The notes under the pieces are model-generated. The model was not told the origin of the DNA and searched no databases. It worked only from the letters and a program-made list of their open reading frames with translations. A stretch of 64,000 nucleotides of DNA from positions 2,852,001 to 2,916,000 of the forward strand of contig NC_042997.1 of NCBI RefSeq assembly GCF_006345805.1, read 5' to 3'. The position numbers and the translations under genes were made by a program. This document shows, piece by piece, positions 27,863 through 41,489 of the stretch. This stretch comes from Octopus sinensis (Eukaryota). Within the stretch, counting starts at the first letter, position 1. Every line of letters starts with the position of its first letter.

Positions 27863-28742
27863 CATATTTACATACATACACACATACACACATATATACA
27901 TACATACATACATATACCGAGAAAGAAGTCGTCAGATTTTTGGAAAAAAATCATTTCTTCATTATTTCGTTCGTTTCTCGAACTTGTCAATAAAATTTTG
28001 TAAATGTATAAACAGCTTGTTCATTTATATCAAACAGATGTTTTGCGGAGAGTTTTGTTTAGAAGAGAACACTGGTTTTGTTTCCTTGGGGTGAGTTTCC
28101 ATGACAATGGAGATAGATAAATAGAAATATAGGTAGGTAGATAGGCTGTCAGATAGATAAATAGATATATAGCTGGAGAGAAGGGGCGAGAGAAGGTAGA
28201 CTCCCCTTCCTATTCACCATTCATTTATTTATTTAGTCATTTACAATTGTATTGGAATGCATTTAAGGATGGTGACCTTTTCAATAACAAAAACACGTGT
28301 GGTTATTTTACTTTCTTTCTCTCTTCCCCTCTTTTCCTCTTAATTCTTATCGTCTCTTTCCTTCTTTTTCTCTTCTTTTCTTCACTTTGAGTTATATGTA
28401 AGATACAAAATATGCTGTTTCCTCTTTTTGCCGATATTCTTTTTGTCTTCCATTCTTTGAACTTTTCTATATTTCTAGTGAAGAGCTCCGCTCGAAATGT
28501 GAAAACCTTTCTTTTCTTTCCTTTCCTGAGCGTCCAATAACACAATACCTGTATCACATCATCGCGTTGTTCTTTTGATTTTTGCTTGTTCTTCTTTGGA
28601 TTGACTATATATATATACGCAAAAGTAGAACACATAGCAATGCTACACACACACACGTATATATATATATATTATATATATATATATATAATATATATAC
28701 ACGCAAAAGTAGAACACATAACAATGCTACACACACACACAC

Positions 28743-28776
<34 letters not shown>

Positions 28777-28870
28777 GCAAAAGTAGAACACATAACAATG
28801 CTACACACACACACACGTGTATATATATATATATATTATATATATATATATATAATATATATATATACAT
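26690..28870 (+). repeat. Tandem duplication, period ~1047 bp
   Basis: tacgttgggt at 26701 and 27748. Unique portions identical apart from homopolymer-length differences; boundaries lie in (TA)n. Confidence 0.95.
27428..27462 (+). ncRNA. Degenerate hammerhead relic (second copy at 28471-28505)
   Basis: CTAGTGA-A-GAGC tcc GCTC-GAAA-tgt; core altered at G5/A6. Same family as 63828-63862. Confidence 0.45.
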
Positions 28871-28962
28871 GAACATTTTTAGAGATGAGCCACATTTAGA
28901 ATAAAAATGAAAATTCTCCGCTTCAAACATTCAATTTTGGAAATAATCCCTTAATGAAGTGT

Positions 28963-29001
<39 letters not shown>

Positions 29002-29269
29002 TGTGTGTTTGTGCATGTGTGTGTGTGTGTGTTTGGGAACACGTCCATGTTTATGCCGTCTAGCTTTGATATTTTGCTTTGGAAAATAAATTCAAGCCTC
29101 TTTCAATTTCATGTTTTTGCATTAGAAAACATAAGTATAACACAAACATAAAAAACTGTAAAGCTCAGAACATCTCAATGCCACACATATACTCCTGAAT
29201 ATATACAGAGATGAACATTATGTTTCTGATATTTGAGTTATATTTAGAATAGGAAATGTAGTATCTCTG

Positions 29270-29810
29270 CTTTATTTTCAAAAATTGAAGTTTGGAGAGA
29301 ATTGTTTGATGAAATGTAATTCCATTGCTTTTCGGTGCACATTTGTAAAAGGGAAAATTTTGAATTTCCCATGACTGCATATTTTCAGATGCTTACAACA
29401 TAGAATCTTGCGTAATTCCGCTTGTCAGATATGTTTCCTGTGGATACTTGCACGTTGGCAGAGGGAATTATTTGTTTCGCAAACGTAATTTTCTTTGTAA
29501 TTTGTGCAGGTAATGCAGTATATGATGTTTTGCGTTTTGTAGTTCATATATGCATTTATTTTGAAAAGAGATTCGCTCTTGAATCTTATGTGGGAAGCAT
29601 TTTCTAAGTATTTGAAGTTGTTGTTCCATGATCCACATCCCGTATCTCCACATTCTTTCACTGAAAATTCGGATACGCTCTTCGATTTCAATTCTACCCT
29701 TGTTAGGTGCCTATCAAGATTTTTGTTTGGCGTCTGCCATTCCGTACGGCGTATTTTTCTATCAGGTTTTTCATTTTGGGGATTTGTAGGAGGACAGGTA
29801 AGTTCGATTA
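29270..29810 (-). mobile_element. Penelope-like element GIY-YIG endonuclease remnant (Neptune-type Cys linker)
   Basis: ORF 29425-29847: KECGDTGCGSW...FKINAYMNYKTQNIIYCITCTNYKENYVCETNNSLCQRASIH. Continues across a stop/frameshift as KHLKICSHGKFKIFPFYK and ELHFIKQFSPNFN. Confidence 0.85.
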
Positions 29811-29949
29811 TATATATACACACACAAATTCGTATGAATACATACACACGCCTGGATACAGGCGTTCACATAAATAAACACACGCACATACACTCACATA
29901 TATAAGATTCTCTATACAAATTGAGAAAGAGAGAGAGAGAGAGAGAGAA

Positions 29950-29994
<45 letters not shown>

Positions 29995-30692
29995 GAGAAT
30001 GAGAGACGGAGAGCGATATCGGCTTTGAAAAGTACAATTTATTAAAACTGGGAAATAATATCTTATAAATTCAAGTAGCATTTCGAGTAGGCAATTATTT
30101 TATATGTTGATTATTTTTTTTCATATTATAGGTCTGAGTGAACCGGCGAGTTGCCGTATTGGTTTGTAGGTTTTGTTGTCCATAACTTAATGTATGTATA
30201 GATGTGAGAATATTGACGTTTTTACGTATATGTGTACATGTGTAAGTGTAATGTGCGGTTTGTGATAGGCCTATGAATAACTGTCATCACCTTTTGCTCT
30301 AACTTAAGATAAATGTTGCCAGTTCAGCTTCACAATCATCTGAAAACATCACAATCTTCCACAACTTAATTTATTGCCTCTGTCAGATCCCTACACTCCG
30401 TTACTTCCTAAAAACGCCAACGTAAATTTAGAATGAAACACTGATCACTGACAAGTATTATTATTGTCATCTTTGAACTCAAATCACACTTGGAAACATT
30501 TTCTATTTCTCTGCTTTGTTATTTAAAAGAAAGAAAATCACGTGTACTTTGTATTTGTACAAATCTCGTAATTCACAGTATCTTCGAAATCACTCATATT
30601 AAAATTAGACTGAATATTGCTGGCCACTTTGAATGCTCAAATTTGACGCCTTTTTTATGCATAGAAGTACATGCATTTAGTTAAACACGCAC

Positions 30693-30766
<74 letters not shown>
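30693..30766. repeat. (ATCT)n microsatellite
   Basis: Direct inspection. Confidence 0.95.
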
Positions 30767-30962
30767 GTTTTTGTACGTGTATACGTAAATATATATTTAA
30801 ACATACAAACATGCATATGCATGCAAATACATGTGTTTGTGTGTATGTGTGTGTGTAGATTTCGCAATGTTTCGAACTTATTTTCTGTCACCTCAGACAA
30901 ACATACCTCATCAGACCGATGAATATAATGGTACAGACCTTTGTTAACAGAAATCAGCAAAC

Positions 30963-31126
30963 ATGCGCAGAGGTGGCTTTGTGGTAAGTTGTTTGCTTTC
31001 CAACCACATGGTTGCGCGTTCAGTCCCACTGCGTGGCATCTTGGGCCGGTGCCTTCTACTGTAGCCTCGGATTTACCAAAGCCTTGTTGGTGGATTTCCT
31101 AGAAGGCTACTGAAAGAAGCCCAATC

Positions 31127-31182
<56 letters not shown>

Positions 31183-31416
31183 ATGTGTGTGTATGTATGT
31201 ATATCTCTATTCTATGCGTCTGTGTTTGACCCCACCACATCGCTCGACAACCGATGCTGTTGTGCCTACGTCACCGTAACGTAACGGATCGACAAAGGAG
31301 CCTGATGGAATAACTAGTAGGCTTATGAAGAATAATCCTCGGGTTGATTTTCTCGACTAAAGGCAGTGCTCCACCATAGCCATATTCAAATGACTTAAAC
31401 AGATAAAAGAATAAAA
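30963..31416 (+). mobile_element. tRNA-type SINE (family 'B'), near full length
   Basis: A-box-like gtggctttgtgg, B-box-like gttcagtcc, body with internal (TA)(TG)n, tail cgactaaaggcagtgctcc...aaacagataaaagaataaaa. Confidence 0.8.
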
Positions 31417-34400
31417 CAAATTATTTGCTGATGCAAACAGTGATTATCACATGAGGAGTAATAAATTTCTAACAAATTTTTGTTCGTTTCGTTTCACTAA
31501 ATGTTAGGTTTGTACTTTCTTATCTAAATATTTTTTAAAAAAGGAAATGGAATGAGTCATGTGTAAAGTAATTGTATTCATACTTCACGATGCAACAAAT
31601 GGTTTATGCTTCAAATGAACAAGTTATGCTTTAAATTAACATCTAATGCATCAAATTTACAAGAAACACCTTCAAATACCTTACGCTTCCTGACTAATAG
31701 TGTGAATGTTCATAGAAGATCCTTTTGCGTAATTCTTGGATTGTATTTGAAGTGCAATGAAATATTAAGCATACTCCATGATACAACAAATAGTTTATGG
31801 GTCATCCAATGCTTCCAAATAAAACGTAAACCACCTTCTAATGTCTTACACTTCCTGGTTCATTGTGTGCCTGCCCATACAAGATCTTTAGATTTTCAGG
31901 TTCTATTGTTGTCAGATTCTCTTTGAAGTCAGATTCTATTTGAAGTGCAATGATGTTTGTAATTTACATGGTTTGTCGAAAGCAAATTTTCACAAAGTTC
32001 AGATATTTGGTGTGGAATTTATTATAGATTATTTTCTGGGGTGGTATGGGGTGATAGACTTGGAAATATATTACTATTATATAAACTATTTCCACTATCA
32101 AGCTACGGACTTGATAGTGGAAATAATAATATAAAATTAAAATAGGGAAATATGCTTATTAGAGGAAACAGAAAGCATTTGTCTATAACCAACATGTTGA
32201 TAAGTTTATGAAAGGTTGGTAAACATCACATTGAATGTTATAGTGTAATCTGCGGACTCGGTTTTTAAGGAGGCGCAAATTAGCACAAACATATTTCTAT
32301 ATATTTGCGTTTTTTATTCATATTACTATATCGTATTTAGGTGTTAAAAATACATAAATATGTCTTTTTGAAAAACATAAGCAAATGTATTATTTGAGAA
32401 AAAATAAATATATTGCTATTTTATATTTTTTGTTCTAATAACAGTTTTGTTCCATTGATATGCGTATATTATAAGTATAATGCAAAAACTGCTATTAATG
32501 CTATTATGGGTGTGTCTGAAATTGTATGTAGGTGTGTCTACAATTTGTAAATAATAATTATCGCAACTAAATTTAAATCGATATAAATAACTAAATATAG
32601 TTTTTTGTGGCTTAAAAAAATTGATATTTATTTCAGAATTTAATGCAGTTGGAATAGCTTCAATTACTTGTCCAAGTAGAGATACAGAAATTACACGAAA
32701 TATAAAGAAACTTTCAGCTTAAATTACCTCCTAGCACGCACACAACGAGATACACAAACATAACTTATAGTATTTAATTAGCATGTAATATATCGAAGTT
32801 CTCAAAACCTCTTTATAAAATTGTTCTTTTAAATCCACTTTAAACTAGAAGAACTGATGTGTATTCTAAAATATAGATATAGAATAAAACTTTGAAAGCA
32901 CTATATTTATTCTTAGTAGAATATAAAGTGGGGACGCAAATCAACATTGAGAATAGATTTCAGAAGTCATATATAGTTTTTGAATATTGGTTTCTTAAAT
33001 GACGTACCACTGATATTTTTAAAATTATTGCTGCTCTAAATGGACATTACACTGAAAATAGCTAAAGAGATTTTGAAAAAGTTTCCATACATCCTGGAGG
33101 TATTAAGAAAATACTAGGGGATCTTGAAGGCAGTAAATGGTAAATATAAACGTTATATGGTGATGTTGCAGACAAGGTTGGAGAACAAATATTGTTTCTA
33201 TTGAAAAAGGTAAAAAAAGAAAACACAAACCATTTACTCTATGGAAAAAAATATTCGTGTGGAAATACGGGAATAACTAAACCTGATAGGGCATCAAGGA
33301 TAAATGTGTAATCAATATGGCCTTGTAATTTAAAGAGAATCACATTAAACAGGAAAAAGAGTAACAGAGACGCTGGGAAATAAAACGACGTAGGCAAAGG
33401 TAATCTCTTAAATGTTGAGCTCATAACTGAGTGTGTCTTTCAAAACCGATCATGTTTTGTTAGCCATTCTTGTGTAGATGAAACAAAGCAAGCAAATAAT
33501 GTTTCCATCACCTAAAAGATCGTATCCAGTCAAGCGTGTAATAAGTGTTGATTTTGCATATGATGTGATCGGATGTAGCTTATATTTATACAATCCCCAT
33601 CATCATGTTTCTGCATTGCATTTATCTTTGAAAAGGAATTCCAGTTAGTGTTGCTGTAAGATCTATAGTATCACTGAGGCTAAAAAAGACAAGCATTCGT
33701 CATGTATGCGTGTGAGCAAATCCATAAGAGATATATGTAAATACCCAAGAAATATACATGTGTTGTGTGTATGAATGTATATACACAAAATATATATATA
33801 TAAACACACATGCATATATGTATCTTATATATAAAGGGCAATTTTTGTCTGTTACTATCTTGCTGCCCAAATAAGGGAACCGGCCTTCACCAAACATTGT
33901 ATACATGTTGAACTAACATCTAGTTCAATTATAGGCAAATTGGATTTCAGTAAAAATCATATGGAGATTCAGCAATGAACTTTATTTCATTTATATATTT
34001 GCATTACAGACATTTTACATTATAATATTTTCTATAAGTCAATTATCGTAAACATTTTATACCACGACGACAACGGCAACGACGTCACATTTTTTATATG
34101 AGTGCGTACCTTAAAAGACATCCATTTCTCTATGTTATGAGGAAATACAGTTGTTTGTGATAAAGGACCCGAAATAGCTATTACATGGTAGCGGAGCGTG
34201 TTAGAAATAAAAGCCAACATTCCGGTTTCTGGGGGTAAATGCCCTTTACGCATGATTTCGATGTCATATTCATCTAAAGCATGCGAAGTAATATGGAAAA
34301 GAAAAAAAATCTATATAACAAAACTCTGCTGTTGTTAAAATGAGGGTTTCTTGGAAAACTCCAATGTCCTCAACACCCCTCTACACTCTCTTGTTCGGAA

Positions 34401-34702
34401 GAACGTGGCTTGCGGCGTGTTTCGAAGTGAGATACGTTGAATACAGTCGAAAAATCCGGTAGAAAATATTAGGTCACACCGAAATTAGAAGGTGTCTTTT
34501 ATGAAATATTTGTCTGAGATCGAGACAAACATGCAAATAGAACGATCGATGAGGTTGTTAACGCAAGCGTGGGGTGTCTGGTGGAACAGAGGGAAAGAGA
34601 CAGAAGCAGGAGTACAAATAATCAAACGCTCGGACAGCTGAGCGTCTGGCGTAAACAGAGCGAAAGATACAAAAGCAGAACACATCACGAATCGGATATT
34701 CA

Positions 34703-34907
34703 TGTGAATAAAAGCGGAATAAAACAAGCTTTGCGTTAGTCGGACAACGCGTTACCGAGATACGCGGATTTTTCGGGTACATTTATAGATAGCTAAATCG
34801 GCTTATATTGTCGAAATGCTTTAAAAGTAATGTGAATGCAAATGGAATAATACAAATTTATCGTAAATCGGACCACAGATTCCCGAGATACGCGTTTTTT
34901 CGGGCAC
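34703..34907. repeat. Two diverged ~78-bp subrepeats (period 128 bp) in an unclassified interspersed element
   Basis: tgtgaat...ggaataa...tcggac...ccgagatacgcg..tttt.cggg at 34703-34780 and 34831-34907. Confidence 0.75.
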
Positions 34908-35829
34908 CTTAGACTGTTTGTGTCCCATTGGGTCATGGGTAGTCTCATCTAATATATATATATATATATAGACAGTACAGACAGAGAGATAGATAGATAA
35001 ACACACGCCTGTGTGCACATATGTGTGTGCTTGGTGTATGTATGTGTATTAGGTTTGTATGGCTAAATGAATAAGTTTCCTTTCTAACTACAGACTATCG
35101 GTTTCGTTCGCAAAACGTTACATCTTAGGAAGATGTCACCTTCTAAAGCCTAATATATTTGGTATTTGGACCTTTCCCTATATAATTGGAGTCTAATGTC
35201 CTACTTATCAGCCAGTGAAATTCTAATCAGGATTTTGATGGTATGAAATCAATGACAAAGTCAAAGAAATCCGTTGACCAGGTTTTCAGTTATTTCCAGA
35301 ACACAGAAGGCGGTATGAACACCTTTCCACCTATTGCAACGGATTTCGTATTTCACGGTGAGTAACGAGGCAAGCTATTACTACTTATTAGCGTATTATA
35401 ATTTGACTAGAAACTTTATCCGAAACCAAGTCCAGTATGTTGAAAATGTTTTAAATTATGCATATTTAAGGTCGCTCTAAGTGCGCCTAATGTGTTTGAT
35501 TTAAGGAAGATTATAAAACAACAGCAAATATAAATAGTAACCCACAATTAGTAGGAATCCGTGCACAAATCGCCTTTATATTTGAGGTGCATAGAAAAGG
35601 ATATCTGTGTGGTAAATTTTATGAGTTTATCGTATATAAAACAATAACAATTCACATTAATCTAAATTTGCAGCAGTCATATTTAAAAGATTTTTAGAAG
35701 TCAGTTGTATTTACGAATTAATCAAATTCAATTACATATCTCATTTGCATGATAGGCCGAGAACCACTTTGTTTAAGTAGATGTAGTATACCAAATTTCG
35801 CTTGACTAAATCTGAAGTCTGTTGATGTT

Positions 35830-36430
35830 GTCAAACGACGTGGAGGATGTTCTGAAGAAAGCTAATCAGCATCTCTTTGAAAAGTCAGTGAAACGGAGAA
35901 AATTTGGCAGACACAGAGTACTAAAATTCTTTAAGTGAACATGGTAAGATGAGAGATCATCATCTGACATATGATGAGAAAACTCTATTACATTAAATCG
36001 CAGTTAAGTTCCGGAACCATGATATTTACTGATATAATGGTAGAATTAAATCAAAAGTTAAATGTAGCATTTAGCTGCTTAAAGACATACAGCTGTCCGT
36101 TATGAGATCAATGAAAATCCATAATTGATTTGCTTACCTTGAAGTCCTTTACGATGGAATTAACCTCTATGAACCAAGTATTGTAATATGAAAACTGATT
36201 TTGAATGATCTAAAACGAAGTAGGCTGTTGAAACAACCTTATAAATACGGTATGAACCACATAACAATTGCATTTAGGTTCTTAACTAGATAACAGATAA
36301 CTTCCGAAATAACACTGAGTCTAACGTCTGATCTTAACGTTAAATCGCTATGCAACTTTAAACCTTGAAGACAATACCTCACCGAAATAAAGCCGAATAG
36401 AAATGATGAATTAATTTCCCGATTGCGCCT
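35830..36430 (+). mobile_element. Possible heavily decayed PLE GIY-YIG remnant
   Basis: Frameshifted VG..ETT..KY.MNH (36221-36265) and NRNDELISRLR (~36398-36430) resemble PLE YIG and LNKRSELIS motifs. Confidence 0.35.
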
Positions 36431-36522
36431 TTTTAATTGAATCATATTTATGGATCATGCATCAAATATATACTTCGCATAAGATGTATAGAATGGAAAT
36501 AACTAGTCGAAATATTATTAAG

Positions 36523-36580
<58 letters not shown>

Positions 36581-36589
36581 GACAGGTTT

Positions 36590-36745
36590 CTCTCATTTTC
36601 CGTCTACTACATCCATTTATAAGAATTCGATCAGTACGAGGATACAATAAGAGATACTTGCTCAGGTTGTGACATAATGGAACTGAACCCGGAATAAATT
36701 GTTTGGGAAGCAATCTTATGTTTACCAAACAACCACTTCTGCGCC
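36590..36745 (-). mobile_element. SINE family 'B' 5' half
   Basis: gatacttgctcagg...ggaactgaacccggaa...gggaagcaa...ttacc...aaccacttctgcgcct is the reverse of the family B head. Confidence 0.6.
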
Positions 36746-36839
36746 TATCACACAGATGTGCCTGGGCCTATGTCACGCAGTGACGCCTGAGCCTTTATAT
36801 ATGTATATTTATACGTACACACACACACACATATATATA

Positions 36840-36902
<63 letters not shown>

Positions 36903-36999
36903 CATATATAAATATATGCATATACATTTATTTACATGCATTTATACATCTATATATGCATATACATATGTACATATATAATATATATTATATATATAC

Positions 37000-37031
<32 letters not shown>

Positions 37032-37075
37032 TATAATATATATATATATACATGTATTTATATATATATATGTAT

Positions 37076-37109
<34 letters not shown>

Positions 37110-37504
37110 GTATTTATAAATATATACATATATAGACAGTATAAACAGGGAGATAGATAAACACATGCTAACCCTGTTTTTTCTTGTGCTTGTGTGTATG
37201 TAGACGTATATATGGACATTTACGGTGCGCGTGTGTGTATGAGTTTGTATATATATGCATAAACATTTGGCGAAAAATGCGAGTGAAATGTGTAAGTTTT
37301 CGTAGTGATGTATACGTACGCATGTGGGTGCCCGAGCGTACATGTATACGTATGAAAAGGCACGCTTACGTGTTTACTATGAACCTTTATCCTTATCTTA
37401 GATAGCGTTCATTCGAATTAGCGCTTTTGTGTAAGTAGCGGACTATAACACAGTAATTTCCCTTTGTATAATGATCTTTTTTCATAGCGTCTTTTCAGGT
37501 GGCT

Positions 37505-37567
37505 AGATGACCGAAGAGATGGTGGTGTGGATTTCCTCCTCGGCATCCGAAACTCAGAGTTTTATCT
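37505..37567 (+). ncRNA. Degenerate type I hammerhead fold
   Basis: Stem I AGATGA/TTATCT; core CCGAAGA (U4C); stem II GATG/CATC; GAAA; stem III ACTC-A-GAGT; site GUU. Confidence 0.55.
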
Positions 37568-37668
37568 TGGCTACCGAATGATTGTCACATATTATTTTAC
37601 AGATAAATTTCCACTATTTACATAATATTGAGGTCTCTTTCTTTCTTTTGTTATCTTACCGTTTTTTA

Positions 37669-37734
<66 letters not shown>

Positions 37735-37735
<1 letters not shown>

Positions 37736-37900
37736 CGGAGAGTTCACAAAAGCAAAAGACGAAGACAGGTGGTGTAGACATAAAATCCATTGTATTAGTA
37801 TAACGCACGGTAAGTGAAAATGTCTTTACTCTTCTTCCACAGAATGGAACACAGAAAGAAACAAGGCGAGAAAATATAGAATGTGTAGTGGCTAGCGATC
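37735..37900 (-). mobile_element. Short (TA)n-bounded element with hammerhead relic (stem II and GAAA deleted)
   Basis: Minus strand ttctgtggaagaagag-taaagac...acaccacctgtcttcgtcttttgc; shares the ctgtggaaga motif and 3' end with 19575-19670. Confidence 0.45.
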
Positions 37901-37909
37901 TATCAAGGC

Positions 37910-37964
<55 letters not shown>

Positions 37965-38456
37965 CAGCTTTTGTGCATTTTAGTGTGTGCATATATAACG
38001 GATATATGCGAATAACGTGTGTCTATATATATTTCTGTGTTTAGATTTTCTGTAAATGAATATTTTATTATAAAGAGACTCACATTATAAGTAAACTTAT
38101 TTTAACATAAATTAATTTACTCTGGGCATGTATGTTTCCCCTCTAAACTAAAATTTATATTCGAATAACTGTTTTGTTTTATTCTACACAATACGATATT
38201 TAATTTTAGAGCACCGTTTCTGAAAAGCCATTTGTTGAAACGACTAATGAAATGAAGCCAAATTCAAATATGTATCTGTCAATATAAATTGTACATTGTA
38301 TTTATACGTATAAACCTTTTGTTCCAGTCTTTATTACAACTGTCCGAGGAATGGGAATGTGAAATTGAGTAGCAGCTTTTCTTGATATTACTCTACCTCC
38401 TGTTTTCGAATATTTTTTTTTACCTCACCTTCTTTCATATTTATGTGCCTACTGTA

Positions 38457-38514
<58 letters not shown>

Positions 38515-38530
38515 CTGTGTGTGTGTGTAT

Positions 38531-38569
<39 letters not shown>

Positions 38570-40104
38570 TTCATATATGTGTGCTTGCATGTATGTATGC
38601 ATGTATATGTACATATAAATGTTCGTTTGTACGTCAGAGTGTGTGTAAAATCAGAATAATCCTTACTATGCATGGGTTAGCTAAAAATCATAGATATTGT
38701 AATGACAGTAGGTGCATATAAGTCGCAATACTGAACATGAATTGTTTATTGACTTGAAAAAGTTAATCAAATATCTATTTTTTATGATGTTTAAAGCATT
38801 CCCATATCTCATGCCTATCTGAGATGTCAGAATAATCTCCTAAAGTCAAGACAATTATGAACATGCAATAAAATATTTCCACTGCATTCACTCATCTCAG
38901 AAACATTTCATGCCTTTATAGTAGCAACCTTTAAAAACAATTTTATTATCATGTTCCTCATTGACACCCTATGAATATGAAAAACGTGAGGCTGTTTCCT
39001 CATTAAGGTCAACAATGCATTGATAATCCAATAAATAGACGCACTTAGAAGCCATGGGATTGAATGCGATATGTATTTTCAATGAAATATGTCGGAAAAT
39101 GGAAATAATAAAAAATGAATAAAGGAAAACCATTAAGCTATGAGAAAGCATTTCATTTGCCATTTTAATAGGTCGTATTTGGTTCCTTGGTTCTCTTGAC
39201 TTTCATTGTAGTATTCGTTTATATTCTATAGTGCTTTTCAAGGACGTATTTTTATGGAAAGGCTATTTTAAAATTTATGCGACTCGGATTGTATTAATAC
39301 ATCAAAAACTATTTTCATAAATGGAAATCTAATAATTGCATTCTTTCAATAGAATTTAAGAGAAAAGATGAGGACTCGTCTTTGTGATTTCTTAGTTACA
39401 TCAAGGAATTGATGTGAAAAAGAATATAATAATTCTGCATAAGATATTTTAAATTTAAAATGGTTTACGTTATATATTTCTGTAATATTTCTGTTAATTT
39501 CATGACGTAAAACCTAAAGCGAGTAGCAACAGGATTTGGAGTGTTACAACATATATTTCTACACAAACTGACTTGTGAAACAGTTTTATGTTACAGAATT
39601 TTAAGTATAGTTCTGTGTAAAAATAAAACACGATCATTAAGATCTAGCCTCTGCAAATGTTGTAGTGTTGGCTCTACGTAAATTGTAATATATGATCAAT
39701 GATGTAATATCCGTTTTTATAATCTAAAGATCAACTCTGTGAGTAAATTAATAGCATTCCTGGCCGAATCCGGATGTGCAATCCTGAAATTTTGGATTCC
39801 TAAATTTTCATTTCTAAAATTCTTTTCGGCGATGTTTTAACATGATTTGTTTCTGCGACGAATATGATCGTCATTGAGATATAACTCTGGAGGAGGCAAT
39901 TACAACAAATTCTACAAATACATAAGAGATCTGTTTGCAGATGTTCCCATTCGAGGTCAGTTCCTTAAAAGCTATATACTAGATTAAAAGCCCTCTCTTT
40001 TTAGTCTAATATTCCTCCATGTTTGTTTTCGTTCGGTTTCCGTTTATGCTCCCAGCTTTGACCCTCCATAAATCCTGAATTTTAATGTAGAATTCATGAG
40101 GGAA

Positions 40105-40295
40105 ACTGTCTTCGAAGAATCATATTGTCGATGAATGCTCGAAATGAGAAGTAGATATACAGCCGACAATTGACGAAGGGTTCTTTCTCTGTATTTACTT
40201 ATCCTGATTTCCACTTTTTCTCGTACGTATATGACTCGTTCATTTACGTATTTCATTTTATTTGCACTGCCTGTGACTCTTGTACCCATATATGC

Positions 40296-40341
<46 letters not shown>

Positions 40342-40716
40342 TATATATACATACATACATACATATATATATAATTTTATAATTTATTTTTAATTGAACG
40401 CGACGCATCCATTCCCAAGTAAGTTAATCATCAACTTTTTGATATGATTCTCTACTAAAGAGTTTTGTTCCTCCATCTTTCTCTAACTCCATTTTCTCCC
40501 CCTCCTTCAATTTATGGGAGGAAAAGCTTTTGAAGACTTATATTGCACTTGAGTGCTCAAAATGAGGAAAGATAGACAGGTGACAATTGTTAAAGATTCC
40601 TTTCTCTGTGTTTACCTATCCTGTTTTCCACTTTTTCTCGTTGTACTTATTTAACTCGTTTGTTTACGTATCTCATGTTACTTGCACCGTTGGTGAGGTG
40701 CTGTGCCTATATATGC

Positions 40717-40720
<4 letters not shown>
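40105..40720 (+). repeat. Two diverged direct copies (~200 bp, period ~417 bp), each ending in (TA)n
   Basis: gacaattg...ttctctgt.tttac.tatcctg.tttccactttttctcgt at ~40165-40230 and ~40582-40645. Confidence 0.8.
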
Positions 40721-40778
<58 letters not shown>

Positions 40779-40787
40779 ATATAAATG

Positions 40788-40843
<56 letters not shown>

Positions 40844-41489
40844 CATATACAGCGAAACTTAATATGATCAAAAGTTGTTTATATAATTTCAGTTCACTAT
40901 GAAGCATGCATGGAAACTTGCCTTGAGTGTTCCAAGTGCATTTCACACATTAACAGAACGGATCTTCATAGAACTCTCTATTGGATTGGGTTAGTGATAA
41001 CTGAGAGAAGTATTCTGCTTTGTGGTGAGGCGTTTTTGAAGCATTTAGAAATGGAAATAAAAAATACAAAGCCGTTGTTGCAGGAAGGAGGAAAAGGGAG
41101 AGAGTAACGGGGAGTGACGGAAGAGAGATAAAAGACAAAATACCGATTGTAGGAATGAAATTGAAGAGATGAATACATAAGAAACTTGAATGTGGAGGGG
41201 GCATTAAAAACAAGAGAAAAATCAAATAAAAGAGGCAATACTTTTGACAATCTAAACAAGGATCATTAAAACAAAGATATAACCACATTAAATAATTGAG
41301 GCGATATTTTAAGTGAAATGAAAATAATATATGAAATGAATAAATATAGTTATTCTTTATTTCATTACTTATTAATATACGTGTTATTTAACTATCATAC
41401 TGCAAGCTGACTCAAATGTGACTATCTTCGTGGACCTCCAAACAACAATATCCAACGTACATCTATTTTTACATACTATACATCTCTCT

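Noticed and set aside
27576-28830. Repeat-spacer pattern resembling a CRISPR array
   Set aside because: Eukaryotic context, spacers are simple (TA)n, and there are no cas genes.
31600-31930. Possible piggyBac-like translation on the minus strand
   Set aside because: Similarity too weak and interrupted by stops; no TIR or TTAA ends found.
35846-35890. CTGAAGA...GAAA hammerhead-like spacing
   Set aside because: Stem I is mostly G-U pairs, stem III is mismatched, and it lies within probable coding remnant.
38215-38249. CTGAAAA...GAAACGAC motif
   Set aside because: No stem II, G8 and U16.1 altered; indistinguishable from chance.
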